This document shows, piece by piece, positions 47,959 to 57,262 of a stretch of 64,000 bases of DNA. The first letter of the stretch is position 1; each line of letters opens with the position of its first letter. The notes beneath the pieces are model-generated. The model saw nothing but the letters and a program-made list of their open reading frames with translations, did not search any database and had not been told where the DNA came from. The DNA is taken from NCBI GenBank assembly GCA_009694865.1, contig SICD01000001.1, positions 403-64,402 on the forward strand. The letters are read 5' to 3'. The stretch comes from Candidatus Magasanikiibacteriota bacterium (GTDB taxonomy: Bacteria; Patescibacteriota; Patescibacteriia; Magasanikbacterales; GWA2-37-8). A program made the position numbers and the translations under genes.

Positions 47959-49083
47959 ATGCCAACTATCAAAATTTTACAAAAACGATACCATAGCCAA
48001 ATAAACGAGCTTGACTTTAGCATTCTTCTCGCTCACGCTATTAACAAACCGCGAGAATTCCTCTACGCTCACCCCAACTTTCCGCTTTCCGCTTTCGCCT
48101 ACGCGCGCCTAAGGTATTTTTTGTTTCACTACAAACGCGGCTATTCCGTTGCCGCCATTACCCACCATAAAGAATTTTACGGGTTAAATTTTTATGTGAA
48201 CAAAGACACCCTCATCCCCCGCCCCGAAACTGAACTGCTGGTTGAAGAAGCCATTGCGGCAATTAAAACCCCCCCCTCGCGGGGGGGCTCGGGGGGGTGT
48301 TGGCTCATCGACGTTGGCACTGGGAGCGGGTGTATTCCAATCACGATCGCCACACACCTCAATTGTCATCCTGAGCGCAGCGAAGGATCTCTGTCTCAAT
48401 CGGGAGCGGACAGAGATTCTTCGATCGCTAAGCTCCCTCAGAATGACAGTTTAAAAATATTTGCGACGGACATTTCTAAATCAGCGCTTCGCGTCGCCCG
48501 TAAAAACGCTCGAATACAAAATGTATCCATAAACTTTTTACACGGTAACCTCCTCGAACCGTTCGTAAAACAGATCAACACCGCAACACATCAACACCGC
48601 AACACTTTAACAATTGAACAATTGAACAATCAAACTATTATAATAACAGCAAATCTTCCGTATCTTACTCCGATTCAATTCGAAGCCGAACCAAGTATCC
48701 AACGCGAACCTCGCTCCGCCTTGGTTGCGGAAAATAGCGGCCTCGCATTGTACGAAAAATTGTTACAACAAATTTCTCATCTTTCTCCGTCTGTCATTTC
48801 GACGACACGTTCGCTACGCTCAGTGCAGGCTCCGGAGGAATCTCTGGCTCAATCGGCAAAACGGACAGAGATTCCCCTACGAGGGATCGCGAGACCTCGT
48901 CGGCCGCGAGACCTCACTCGGAATGACAAACTAAAAATGATCATTTTTTTCGAAATCGATCCTTCCCAAACACAAAAAATATCCTCTCTCGTAAAAACCT
49001 ATCTTCCTTTGGCCTCTATCGAAATAAAAACCGACCTCGCGGGGCGAGATCGGGTGGTGAAAATTAACCTTACGTTACCTTAG
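47959..49083 (+). CDS. prmC: Release factor glutamine methyltransferase with several in-frame insertions
   Basis: LIPRPETE, DVGTGSGCI, ANLPY, D.AGRDR. Confidence 0.9.
   Translation: MPTIKILQKRYHSQINELDFSILLAHAINKPREFLYAHPNFPLSAFAYARLRYFLFHYKRGYSVAAITHHKEFYGLNFYVNKDTLIPRPETELLVEEAIAAIKTPPSRGGSGGCWLIDVGTGSGCIPITIATHLNCHPERSEGSLSQSGADRDSSIAKLPQNDSLKIFATDISKSALRVARKNARIQNVSINFLHGNLLEPFVKQINTATHQHRNTLTIEQLNNQTIIITANLPYLTPIQFEAEPSIQREPRSALVAENSGLALYEKLLQQISHLSPSVISTTRSLRSVQAPEESLAQSAKRTEIPLRGIARPRRPRDLTRNDKLKMIIFFEIDPSQTQKISSLVKTYLPLASIEIKTDLAGRDRVVKINLTLP
48364..48448. repeat. Family A element in frame in prmC
   Basis: Encodes [28 protein letters not shown]. Confidence 0.88.
48792..48928. repeat. 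Family A element in frame in prmC
   Basis: Encodes VISTTRSLRS...RDLTRND. Confidence 0.88.
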
Positions 49084-49084
49084 T

Positions 49085-50647
49085 CTAGCGCTTCCTCTTT
49101 CTTTTTTTATGAACATCTCTTTTCTGTTCCGCTTTTTCCACTTCCTGCTTACGACGACCGAAGCGATGCAATAAACCAAGGGCTGCTATCACTGCAGTGG
49201 TAATAATGGTGACTTCTCCCGCCCCACCGGTACAAGGGCCTGGTGCGCTCTCTCGATGTAAACCCGGTTTCGTTGCTGATTGGCTTGATGTTACATTGTG
49301 CTCTGGCAAAACACCCAAACCAGGCTTCTGTTTTGCCTCAAGACGTTCATACAGTTTTCTTGCCAAATGTTCTAGCTTGGGCGGATCCAAAGCCAAACTT
49401 GGCAAAAAAAATAATGCTTGGTTTTTTTCGCTGATACCAGAATCATTACGAAATTGTAACCCGTAATACTCCGGCTTAGCAAGAATCTCTTCCACAGCTG
49501 CTGCTCGCAAGTTTTCTGCCGCCACTTGATGACCGGCATCGGTCAAATTATTCCGATGAGCTTCATCCGAAATATACACAACATCCATGAGTGCGCGCAC
49601 CTTATCCTTAGCAAATAATAAATGACCTACGGCACCATACGACTCCGCTCGAGCTGATTGTTCATTTTCTAATTTAGCCTCTTGACTGGCTGAACGTACT
49701 CCTGGCTGAGGCATAAAATCTGCTTGGTAGCTACTACTTTGTCTATGCAACAGATGCCCAGACTCATGTGCGATAGAATTAGCTTCCTGATTAAAATTAG
49801 AAAATGTTTGTGTATAAAATATCCGCATGAGGCGCTGCGAAGCTCCAATTGTCGCCCATTTATTTTGTTCACTGCCGCTCTTGGCAGCAATATGATTCCA
49901 CATAAAAGCATCATCCTTATCGGCGAAATAAACTAAATATTGTGGTCGCTTCTGGATTCGCTCATCGTGTACCGCTCGTAAAAGTCCTTCATCAAGAACA
50001 ATACTATTCCTAGCATTATGAGCTTCTTCTATGTTGCCGCCTCTGCGAACAGATGCGCCATTAATAACCAATTGATCCACCATGACAATTTGACGCGGGT
50101 ACTCACGACCATTAAACATGAGGCTGTCATTTTTAACTTTGTGTATACGACGTAGTTCAAATTTAGGAATACGAGCTACTACTTTATCGTGCTCATCCGT
50201 CGCTTTATCAGCACCAATGGTTACCCAAACCCCGTGCTCAGCGAGTATTTTGGGAATATCCTGAAGCAAAAGTCGAAAAAACTTTTCTTCCGAATATGCC
50301 ACATGACGATTCAACAATTTGTTTCCTGCCTCCCATAACGCTGCGTGATCGGTAGGCCCAGGAATTCGACCTCGAGCGATAATCGAATCATGCGCATTTT
50401 GAAGCGCGACCATTTCTTCTACTATTTTAGCGACTGGCTTTGGCAATTCTCCTTGTGATTCGCGGCATTGTGGCGTTGAATTATCAAGTTCAAAGGCAAG
50501 ATTTTGAATTAAAAATTGAACTTCGGGTGATTGGTAAAAATTTTCTCCAGCTTCGGCACGACCTTCTTGAGTAATTTTGCCAACAGCTAATGCGGCGCCT
50601 GCAGCTAACCCAGCCTCAAGAAAACTTCTTCTAGAAATATCACTCAT
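49085..50647 (-). CDS. Protein with twin-arginine-like signal, HExxH motif and C-terminal TM
   Basis: SRRSFLEAG, AHESGH, hydrophobic tail followed by basic residues. Confidence 0.6.
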   Translation of the reverse strand: MSDISRRSFLEAGLAAGAALAVGKITQEGRAEAGENFYQSPEVQFLIQNLAFELDNSTPQCRESQGELPKPVAKIVEEMVALQNAHDSIIARGRIPGPTDHAALWEAGNKLLNRHVAYSEEKFFRLLLQDIPKILAEHGVWVTIGADKATDEHDKVVARIPKFELRRIHKVKNDSLMFNGREYPRQIVMVDQLVINGASVRRGGNIEEAHNARNSIVLDEGLLRAVHDERIQKRPQYLVYFADKDDAFMWNHIAAKSGSEQNKWATIGASQRLMRIFYTQTFSNFNQEANSIAHESGHLLHRQSSSYQADFMPQPGVRSASQEAKLENEQSARAESYGAVGHLLFAKDKVRALMDVVYISDEAHRNNLTDAGHQVAAENLRAAAVEEILAKPEYYGLQFRNDSGISEKNQALFFLPSLALDPPKLEHLARKLYERLEAKQKPGLGVLPEHNVTSSQSATKPGLHRESAPGPCTGGAGEVTIITTAVIAALGLLHRFGRRKQEVEKAEQKRDVHKKRKRKR

Positions 50648-50658
50648 AATAAAACAAA

Positions 50659-51708
50659 TTAATTCATCACCATCACAACTAAGCTTTCTGGCACCACTTC
50701 TACCCACATCTTCCCTGGCGGAAACACAATCTCACTGCCGTTTGCATCATAAAATTTCGTGCGGGTGGAGACACTTGGTTTTTTCCACGAGCCACGAAAT
50801 AATTGACCATTAAACAAAATTCTGGCATTGCCGCTTCCCACGGTGGCAAACTCACGCCTGCCTTCGGCATCAAGAACACTCACCGGCATAAACTGAACAA
50901 TCACCGTGGTAGCAGACATTGGCAATTTGTCGTCGCCAAACTTCGCCTCGTCATTTATAAAACGCTCATAGCTACTGCTGGCCTTATTAAATTTCCAGGC
51001 AACAGAATAATCCAAGGTAAAAGGTAAAATCACTCCCCCAACTAGTTCCGTGGACGCACTCACGCGAATAGTCTTCGTAGTCGCAAATTTCCAACTCTCA
51101 AAATTGGTCGCGGTGTTCACGGGGCGGGATAAGAGCAAAGACTGCCACAAACTACTAGAGGTAAATAAATCATGCGGGGCTATGGCTATTTTGTCGCGCC
51201 AATAATATTTGCCCCAATAAAATTCATTCACATCGCGCACCGGCGGAGGATTGTTTTTCAGATACTCAAGGGCTACTGGCGAACCGCCGGAATGAAGATA
51301 AAGCGGATTGCCATACTCCCTTAGCCAATCGATGTAATACGGCCGGGCGCTCCGAATGGGCCCGAGTTTATAAACAGTCTGGTCGGACGTAAACAATGCT
51401 AAGTACCGTGTAATTCCTCCCTCGGCTAACGCCTCGTAGACTACCTTGGCGCTCGAAAGCCTTGCCTGATACTCCCAAGCTTCCGGATTGTTGTCTATCA
51501 TGGCACCTAAGACTACCCCCTCATTTTCCTTAGCCGTTAATCCCGAACCATTGAGCTTACTAAAATGCGTGTACCCCGGGCCAGTTGGCCGACGCACAAT
51601 TTTTCGTCCTAAAACCAATTGCGGGGCAGTAATTACCGCGCTTGCCAAATCAAAGGCAACCACAATAATTACCAATAAACCCGTGAGAAGTAAATATTTT
51701 TTGTGCAT
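50659..51708 (-). CDS. DUF3048 family protein
   Basis: MIDN, EGGITR, GPIRSARPYY, HSGGS, APH. Confidence 0.88.
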   Translation of the reverse strand: MHKKYLLLTGLLVIIVVAFDLASAVITAPQLVLGRKIVRRPTGPGYTHFSKLNGSGLTAKENEGVVLGAMIDNNPEAWEYQARLSSAKVVYEALAEGGITRYLALFTSDQTVYKLGPIRSARPYYIDWLREYGNPLYLHSGGSPVALEYLKNNPPPVRDVNEFYWGKYYWRDKIAIAPHDLFTSSSLWQSLLLSRPVNTATNFESWKFATTKTIRVSASTELVGGVILPFTLDYSVAWKFNKASSSYERFINDEAKFGDDKLPMSATTVIVQFMPVSVLDAEGRREFATVGSGNARILFNGQLFRGSWKKPSVSTRTKFYDANGSEIVFPPGKMWVEVVPESLVVMVMN

Positions 51709-51723
51709 AGGGTAAATTCAGTG

Positions 51724-51838
51724 CGTCATTGCGAGCGAGATAATTGTGGTCGTCCCGACGGCGGTCGGGACAATCCCTTCGTTTTAAGAAGTTTTTAAGC
51801 TAGGGGATTGCCACGTCGCTTCGCTCCTCGCAATGACG
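51724..51838. repeat. Family A variant (CGTCATTGCG...CGCAATGACG)
   Basis: Terminal inverted repeats; similar to 54895-54995. Confidence 0.8.
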
Positions 51839-51952
51839 CCATCATAACACAAAACAAAAACCCCGACAATCGCCGGGGTTAATCTGTTTAAATCATCACA
51901 AAATCTGTCTAAATCTGTGTTACTTTTTCTCTGCCCTTGCCTCGCCATAGCT

Positions 51953-52699
51953 TTACGCGGAGGCAGGCTTCTTCTTGTCGTCTTTCTTAGCTTCAGCCGC
52001 TTTATCCGCCGTAGCTTTAGCGGAGGCGGACGGAGCTCCTGCGGCACCCTCCGCGCCTTCTTCAGGAGCCTTCTCGGGCTTGGCCGATTCAATCTTCGCC
52101 AAATCAACCGTAACCGAACCAGCTGTTTCCATCGCCTTAATTTGTTCCTCGGTCAAAGCCGGAGCCGCTTTAACCACCAAAGCATCCTCCTGCGGACTCA
52201 AAATTTTAATACCGGCCGGTAACACAAAATCTTTAATTTTTATAACATCCTCGTAGGAATTAAGCCCCGCGATGGAAATATCAATATGTGAAACTAAATC
52301 CTGCGGCAAACACTCTACTTCCACGGTATGCACGCTGGTTACAATAGTTCCACCGGAAGCTTTAATCACCGGCGCTTCCCCAATAAAACGAAGCTCAACC
52401 GGCGCTTTCATTTTTTTACTCATATCAATTCGTTTCAAGTCAACATGAATAATGCGGTCGCTCACCGGGTCATGCTGAACTTCTTGGACAATCACCTTGC
52501 CCACACTGGCGCCATCAACAAGCAAATCCACCAAGGTAGATTCACCAGCGGCCCGATAGAGTTTTACAAAATCCGAATAACCAAAGGACACCGACTCCGA
52601 AATGGTCTTCGCGCCATACACAACACCGGGAAGCTGACCTTCGTAGCGTGTCTTTTGTCCTTTTACCGAACGCTTCATTGCGGTGAGTTGAAAGTTCAT
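51953..52699 (-). CDS. rplY: 50S ribosomal protein L25/Ctc
   Basis: PGVVYG, VQHDPV, HVD; family D palindrome at 52005-52030 encodes SASAKATAD. Confidence 0.93.
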   Translation of the reverse strand: MNFQLTAMKRSVKGQKTRYEGQLPGVVYGAKTISESVSFGYSDFVKLYRAAGESTLVDLLVDGASVGKVIVQEVQHDPVSDRIIHVDLKRIDMSKKMKAPVELRFIGEAPVIKASGGTIVTSVHTVEVECLPQDLVSHIDISIAGLNSYEDVIKIKDFVLPAGIKILSPQEDALVVKAAPALTEEQIKAMETAGSVTVDLAKIESAKPEKAPEEGAEGAAGAPSASAKATADKAAEAKKDDKKKPASA

Positions 52700-52706
52700 A
52701 TATTTA

Positions 52707-52817
52707 TTCAAATTTCAAATTACAAATGTCAAATCAAATCCAAAATCCAAATTTTAAAACCATCACATTTGAGCTTTGAGCTTGATTTGACATTTGGATT
52801 TTGTCATTTGGCATTTG
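52707..52817. repeat. Heptamer-like array with inverted halves
   Basis: Same design as 44691-44801. Confidence 0.8.
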
Positions 52818-52844
52818 CTGCGTTAGTAATTTCTTTAAAATCAA

Positions 52845-53186
52845 TTATTGTCGAGTCGCTTCCTTTTGGAACTCATCTTGTAACATAAATTGGTACCCAT
52901 CAATAATCTCATCCACCGTAATTGATTCGGCCGTGTGGAGCCGTTCCACGTCAGCAAAATTTAAATCTGTTACCATACCCACCGAACTAAGACCCTGTCC
53001 CAAAAGCACAATCATGGCCACAAAACCACTCCCACAACCCTGGCACGTCAGGTGCACCAGGCTCGCTGTTTCATTTTTAGCAAAAATTTTAGCCGCGTCA
53101 GGCTCGTAATCGGCCTTACAAATTGGGCAACGGCTCATCATTTTAAGCGCCTCCCGCCATCTATCCGATTGAGAAACAGACTTCAT
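52845..53186 (-). CDS. Zinc-ribbon hypothetical protein
   Basis: CPIC...CQGC, GMVTDL. Confidence 0.7.
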   Translation of the reverse strand: MKSVSQSDRWREALKMMSRCPICKADYEPDAAKIFAKNETASLVHLTCQGCGSGFVAMIVLLGQGLSSVGMVTDLNFADVERLHTAESITVDEIIDGYQFMLQDEFQKEATRQ

Positions 53187-53316
53187 ATGGCTTGAAAGTA
53201 GGACAATACTAATGTATTAGACAAAAAATGTCAAGAGGTTAAGAGTATAAATACTCTTGACGTCACTTACTAGTATAGACTATAGTGAACCTGTCGTCAA
53301 ACCAAGGAGGCTCCCG

Positions 53317-53835
53317 ATGAGTCGTGAAATCCCGCACCAGATGATGCTCTTGGCCTTTCTCTCGCTTTTCCGAGCGCTCCGCGTTCAGCGCCGCTTCTCG
53401 GTAGAACAGCGGGAGACGCTGGTCACGGCGCTGCCCCAACCGTACTCGCTCGGATCGGCTCCGATGGATCTGCAAATCGCCTGGAACATGCTGGGGCGGA
53501 CCCTCGACCTCCCTCTGGGAGAAACCGCCCTCAACAACGAACGCGGCCTCGCGAAGAAGGCTCCGCTCCGACCCACGAATTGGGATCTGATCGCCGCACT
53601 CGCGTCGCTGTTCCGTGTCCTCAAGGCAACACGAGCGTTCCGGCGAGAGAAACTTCATGAGCTCCGATGCCAGCTGCTGGAACCGCTCGGACGCGAGAGC
53701 CGGTACATGCCACCCGCCACAGCCTGGGAGACGATCAGGCTCGGACTCTTGCATGGCTCCTTTGAGATGCTCGGACTCTCGCTCAAGCACTTCAAGAAGA
53801 GGCATGCGGCTCCACAAAAGACGAAAACGGGGTGA
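53317..53835 (+). CDS. GC-rich orphan with internal domain duplication
   Basis: TTGACG-18-TATAGT promoter, AAGGAGG SD, 3' hairpin ggacggcgagcg/cgctcgccgtcc. Confidence 0.7.
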   Translation: MSREIPHQMMLLAFLSLFRALRVQRRFSVEQRETLVTALPQPYSLGSAPMDLQIAWNMLGRTLDLPLGETALNNERGLAKKAPLRPTNWDLIAALASLFRVLKATRAFRREKLHELRCQLLEPLGRESRYMPPATAWETIRLGLLHGSFEMLGLSLKHFKKRHAAPQKTKTG

Positions 53836-53944
53836 ACCCCCAAGGAGAGACAACCAAAGGACGGCGAGCGACTCCGCTCGCCGTCCCAGCTTCTAAAAAA
53901 TAAACCAGTCGCTCACAAGTGACTGATTTTTATTTCTCCCGCCA

Positions 53945-55468
53945 TCAGTGGGATACCGCTCGCCGCGGGACAATTTGTCTCGTTCTTCGTTTTCTATGAA
54001 ACGTAATCGCGAACCGGTGCGCTTCGTCGCGAACCTGAATTAATAATCTCTGATGCCGAGTAACCCACGCAATAAATTCCGGACTCTTATCTCCTAAAAT
54101 TATATCGTTACGTTTGCGCTCTCTCCCTTTGGCAATACCGACGATTGGAATTCTGCGCACAGACGCATTGCTATGCGTCTCTACAAAGTTCCGCGCCCGA
54201 CTCACTTGCGGCCGTCCCCCGTCAATCAAAATGACATTTGGGAACTGCCATTCCGCGTGCTTAAACCGGCGCTCCAAAACTTCTGCCAATGAATCAACAT
54301 CACTCTGCCCAAAAACAGTTTTAATAATAAACTTTCGATACTCCGATTTCACCGGACCCTCCTCATTAAACACCACCATACTCCCCACTTTTTCGGAAGC
54401 ACCTAAGTTGGAAATATCATAACCTTCGATTCGGAGCTTCCTCTCCCCCCGAGCCCCCTCTCTGGCAGAGGGGGACACACCGCCTCCCCCTCTTTCTAAG
54501 AGGGGGCGTGGGGGAGTTGCCGTCGCCGTGTCAACAAAACTCTTATTCAAAAGCGCAATATCCTGAATTCTACGCAGAGAGTGTAATTGGTCACGCAGTC
54601 TCGCCGCGTCTTCAAACCGCTCGTCTTTCCCCGCCCGCTTCATCTCCATTTCAAAAATTTTAATAACCTGCTTTTTCCGACCTGACAAAAATGTCACCAG
54701 CGGCCGAATGATCTGCCGTCGATACTCGGCTGAACTAATCTCACCCGTGCACACCCCCGGACACCACCCCATTTGGCGATACAGGCACACTCGACTTCCA
54801 GGCACACAATTACTAAACCGAAACATCCGCCGCAACAACTTCATCGCCGCCTTCGTATTCAACCCCGGATACGGCCCAAAAACATAGGCAAAGGCGTCAT
54901 CACGAGCGAGCTTAAGGCGAGCGTCGTGATCCCCTTGCTGTAAAAACTTATTTAGTTCGGGGGATTGCGACGTCGCTGCGCTCCTCGCAATGACGCTGTA
55001 CTCCCGCTCCCGCATTGTCAAAACTTTTGGATATTCGTCTTTGCTGACGAGAATATAATTCCAACTCTTATCATCCTTTCCATCCACATTATACTTGGGC
55101 TGGAATTTTTTAATGTACTCCGCTTCCAAAATAATCGCCTCAAGCGCCGACTCGGTCTCCTTCCACTTAATATCTACCACCTCATGAATCATTCCCTCAA
55201 TCGGACGACTCACAACCGCACTGTCATTCTGAGCGGAGGCTCGCGCCGTAGTCGAAGAATCCCTCTCACCGTGGTAAGGGGATTTCTCCACTTCGTTCCT
55301 TTGTCGCTGTGGTCGGAATGACAATCGAAAATACGACCGCACCCGACTCCGGAGCGACGTCGCCTTGCCCACATACACCAATTCTTTTTGGGAATTATAA
55401 AAAAGATATACCCCCGGCGAATCTGGCAAACTAACTAAAATTTTACCGACACCATCTGCCTTATCCAT
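53945..55468 (-). CDS. uvrC: Excinuclease ABC subunit C (no HhH tail) with four insertions
   Basis: GVY..YVGKA..LRSRVRSYF, UVR domain, YDISN, LIDGG, RDEAHRFA. Confidence 0.9.
   Translation of the reverse strand: MDKADGVGKILVSLPDSPGVYLFYNSQKELVYVGKATSLRSRVRSYFRLSFRPQRQRNEVEKSPYHGERDSSTTARASAQNDSAVVSRPIEGMIHEVVDIKWKETESALEAIILEAEYIKKFQPKYNVDGKDDKSWNYILVSKDEYPKVLTMREREYSVIARSAATSQSPELNKFLQQGDHDARLKLARDDAFAYVFGPYPGLNTKAAMKLLRRMFRFSNCVPGSRVCLYRQMGWCPGVCTGEISSAEYRRQIIRPLVTFLSGRKKQVIKIFEMEMKRAGKDERFEDAARLRDQLHSLRRIQDIALLNKSFVDTATATPPRPLLERGGGGVSPSAREGARGERKLRIEGYDISNLGASEKVGSMVVFNEEGPVKSEYRKFIIKTVFGQSDVDSLAEVLERRFKHAEWQFPNVILIDGGRPQVSRARNFVETHSNASVRRIPIVGIAKGRERKRNDIILGDKSPEFIAWVTRHQRLLIQVRDEAHRFAITFHRKRRTRQIVPRRAVSH
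54157..54184 (-). repeat. GTAG-type REP in frame in uvrC
   Basis: GTAGAGACGCATAGCAATGCGTCTGTGC encodes VETHSNASV. Confidence 0.75.
54440..54516. repeat. Family B/C palindrome in frame in uvrC
   Basis: Encodes TPPRPLLERGGGGVSPSAREGARGER. Confidence 0.75.
54895..54995. repeat. Family A variant in frame in uvrC
   Basis: Encodes VIARSAATSQSP...LARDD. Confidence 0.85.
55222..55323. repeat. Family A element in frame in the uvrC GIY-YIG domain
   Basis: Encodes LSFRPQRQRNEVEKS...ASAQND. Confidence 0.85.
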
Positions 55469-55552
55469 AAAATTATTGCCTCTAAAAATAACTTATGCTA
55501 TAATTATCTTTGTTCGTGGCGACACCGTCGCGATATTTAATTATTATACACT

Positions 55553-56143
55553 ATGACCAAACACTATCGGCTCATGGGTTTAGTTACCACTTCGCTCGGG
55601 GCAGCATTACTGTTGGGCGGCGGAGGCTGCGGCAGCACACCTATCACCACCCTAACCACAACCAAAGAAGAAACCAAAGCTCCTGTCGTTGCCATGAGCA
55701 CCTTTGCCAACTCTAAATATCATTTCGAAATTCAATATCCCAGCGACTGGATGATGAACGACAAAGACGCTGCAACCGCGGTTAAATTATTCTCTCCCCT
55801 CGAAAGTGCCGCTGACACCTTTCGCGAAAACATAAATGTCATCGAGAAAGACTACTCCCAGTATACCATCACACTCGACCAATATTTTCAACTTAACCTA
55901 AAGGATATCACCGCCGCGCCTAACTTTAAACAAGTGGAATCTAAAAATACTACCATTGCCGGCCAACCAGCGAAAAAATTGGTTTTCATGGCCACCCTCG
56001 ATGACCAAAACTTGGAATTTCTCCAATATTACATCTTAAAAGACAAACGAACCTACATTATAACCTGCACCACCCCACCCGATACCTTCAAAAAATTCAC
56101 TCCCACCTGTGAAAAACTTATTGGGACATTCAAACTGAAATAA
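55553..56143 (+). CDS. PsbP/DUF1795-like lipoprotein
   Basis: Lipobox-like GGGC, F.IQYPSDW, FRENINV. Confidence 0.75.
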   Translation: MTKHYRLMGLVTTSLGAALLLGGGGCGSTPITTLTTTKEETKAPVVAMSTFANSKYHFEIQYPSDWMMNDKDAATAVKLFSPLESAADTFRENINVIEKDYSQYTITLDQYFQLNLKDITAAPNFKQVESKNTTIAGQPAKKLVFMATLDDQNLEFLQYYILKDKRTYIITCTTPPDTFKKFTPTCEKLIGTFKLK

Positions 56144-56291
56144 TCACTTCCAGAAAACAACCCCAACAACCCCTTCCGATCCCGACTCCGTCGGGGTCGG
56201 TTTTTTTATGTGCTTTTTTTATGTGCTTTACAAACCCCTTCCAATTTGCTAATTTATAAGTACTGTCCAAAACGACAGTGAGGAAAAAACC

Positions 56292-56531
56292 ATGATATCT
56301 TGCCGATTGTCGGGTACGGTTGCTCGGCTGCTCAAGCCGGGCGAAAACTTTCACCTGGGGCACGACTGCTACACGCATGCCACCGCACCGCCCGCCTGGA
56401 GTGCGGGCGAGGTGTTCGGCGAATGCAAGAATCTGTGGGCCACCCCGCTCGACGGCGGAGAGATGAAACAGATCTCCGCGGAAACGTCCGTCCACATCAT
56501 CCCGCCCCCCAAGGTCAAAATCGGCCAGTAG
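56292..56531 (+). CDS. GC-rich orphan protein (79 aa)
   Basis: TTTACA-17-TAATTT, GAGG SD, long 3' hairpin. Confidence 0.6.
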   Translation: MISCRLSGTVARLLKPGENFHLGHDCYTHATAPPAWSAGEVFGECKNLWATPLDGGEMKQISAETSVHIIPPPKVKIGQ

Positions 56532-56758
56532 CCGCCGGGGGAGCAATCAGCATCCGCTCCCTGTTACCCCGATAATTAATTGTCGGAATAACAAGGAGGT
56601 ATCCGCGGATGCTTTTTGTTTTATTTAACTTAAAACGCCTTGCCTCACCCTTCGAGAACGACGGGGTTGACAAATAGCGACTCTCTCATTAGAATTACCC
56701 GCATCAGTAACCTGTTCCGCCGACGGTCGGCGGCCAACGTTCTGAAAGGAGCAATGCG

Positions 56759-56932
56759 ATGTCGAGATTAATCGTGTTCGGTTCCGGAGTGGCCCTGATC
56801 ATCAGCGCCGCGATCGTGGTCATGATCAAGGAGGTCCTCAAAAAGAAGACGGGAGAGGGACTGTACTGGCTCGCTGCCGTGCTGATCCTCGCCGGAGCGG
56901 CCCTCGCCTTTCCCGCCTTATACGACCCATGA
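56759..56932 (+). CDS. GC-rich orphan two-TM protein (57 aa)
   Basis: TTGACA(56667)-17-TAGAAT, AAAGGAG SD; MSRLIVFGSGVALIISAAIVVMIKEVLKKKTGEGLYWLAAVLILAGAALAFPALYDP; not in the ORF track. Confidence 0.7.
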   Translation: MSRLIVFGSGVALIISAAIVVMIKEVLKKKTGEGLYWLAAVLILAGAALAFPALYDP

Positions 56933-57067
56933 CCGCCCACCAGCCCCGCCGTGCGCCCTGCGCGCCGGCGGGCTTCCTATTTTAAATGATCTTAAATATA
57001 TGCACTGCTGTACCATTACACGAGTACACATATCTCTCAACTATTTTTATTAGCACCACCCCGGGGT

Positions 57068-57186
57068 CTGGGGGTCCAGCTGTTTGAGCGTCCTGCCATA
57101 CACAATAACTTTAGCCACATGACGACTAAGCGAGTTTTGGACCCCCAGCAGTTTTTTGGATACTTTTTTGCTGCCAAAAAAGTATC
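57068..57186. repeat. Palindromic element of another type
   Basis: ctgggggtcca...tggacccccag followed by gatacttttt...aaaaagtatc. Confidence 0.6.
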
Positions 57187-57193
57187 ATCGCAA

Positions 57194-57262
57194 TTATTTC
57201 AAAACCCGCTTCAAATACTGCCCCGCCTTCGCTAAAGCTTCGGCGGGCAAGCCTGTAAAACT
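57194..57262 (-). pseudogene. Recoded duplicate of the uvrA 3' end with a family D palindrome
   Basis: Encodes [22 protein letters not shown]. Confidence 0.8.

Noticed and set aside
47959-49083. prmC and uvrC as pseudogenes, or their inserts as inteins/introns
   Set aside because: Frames and catalytic motifs are intact; inserts lack intein C/S...HN ends and are too short for group I/II introns.
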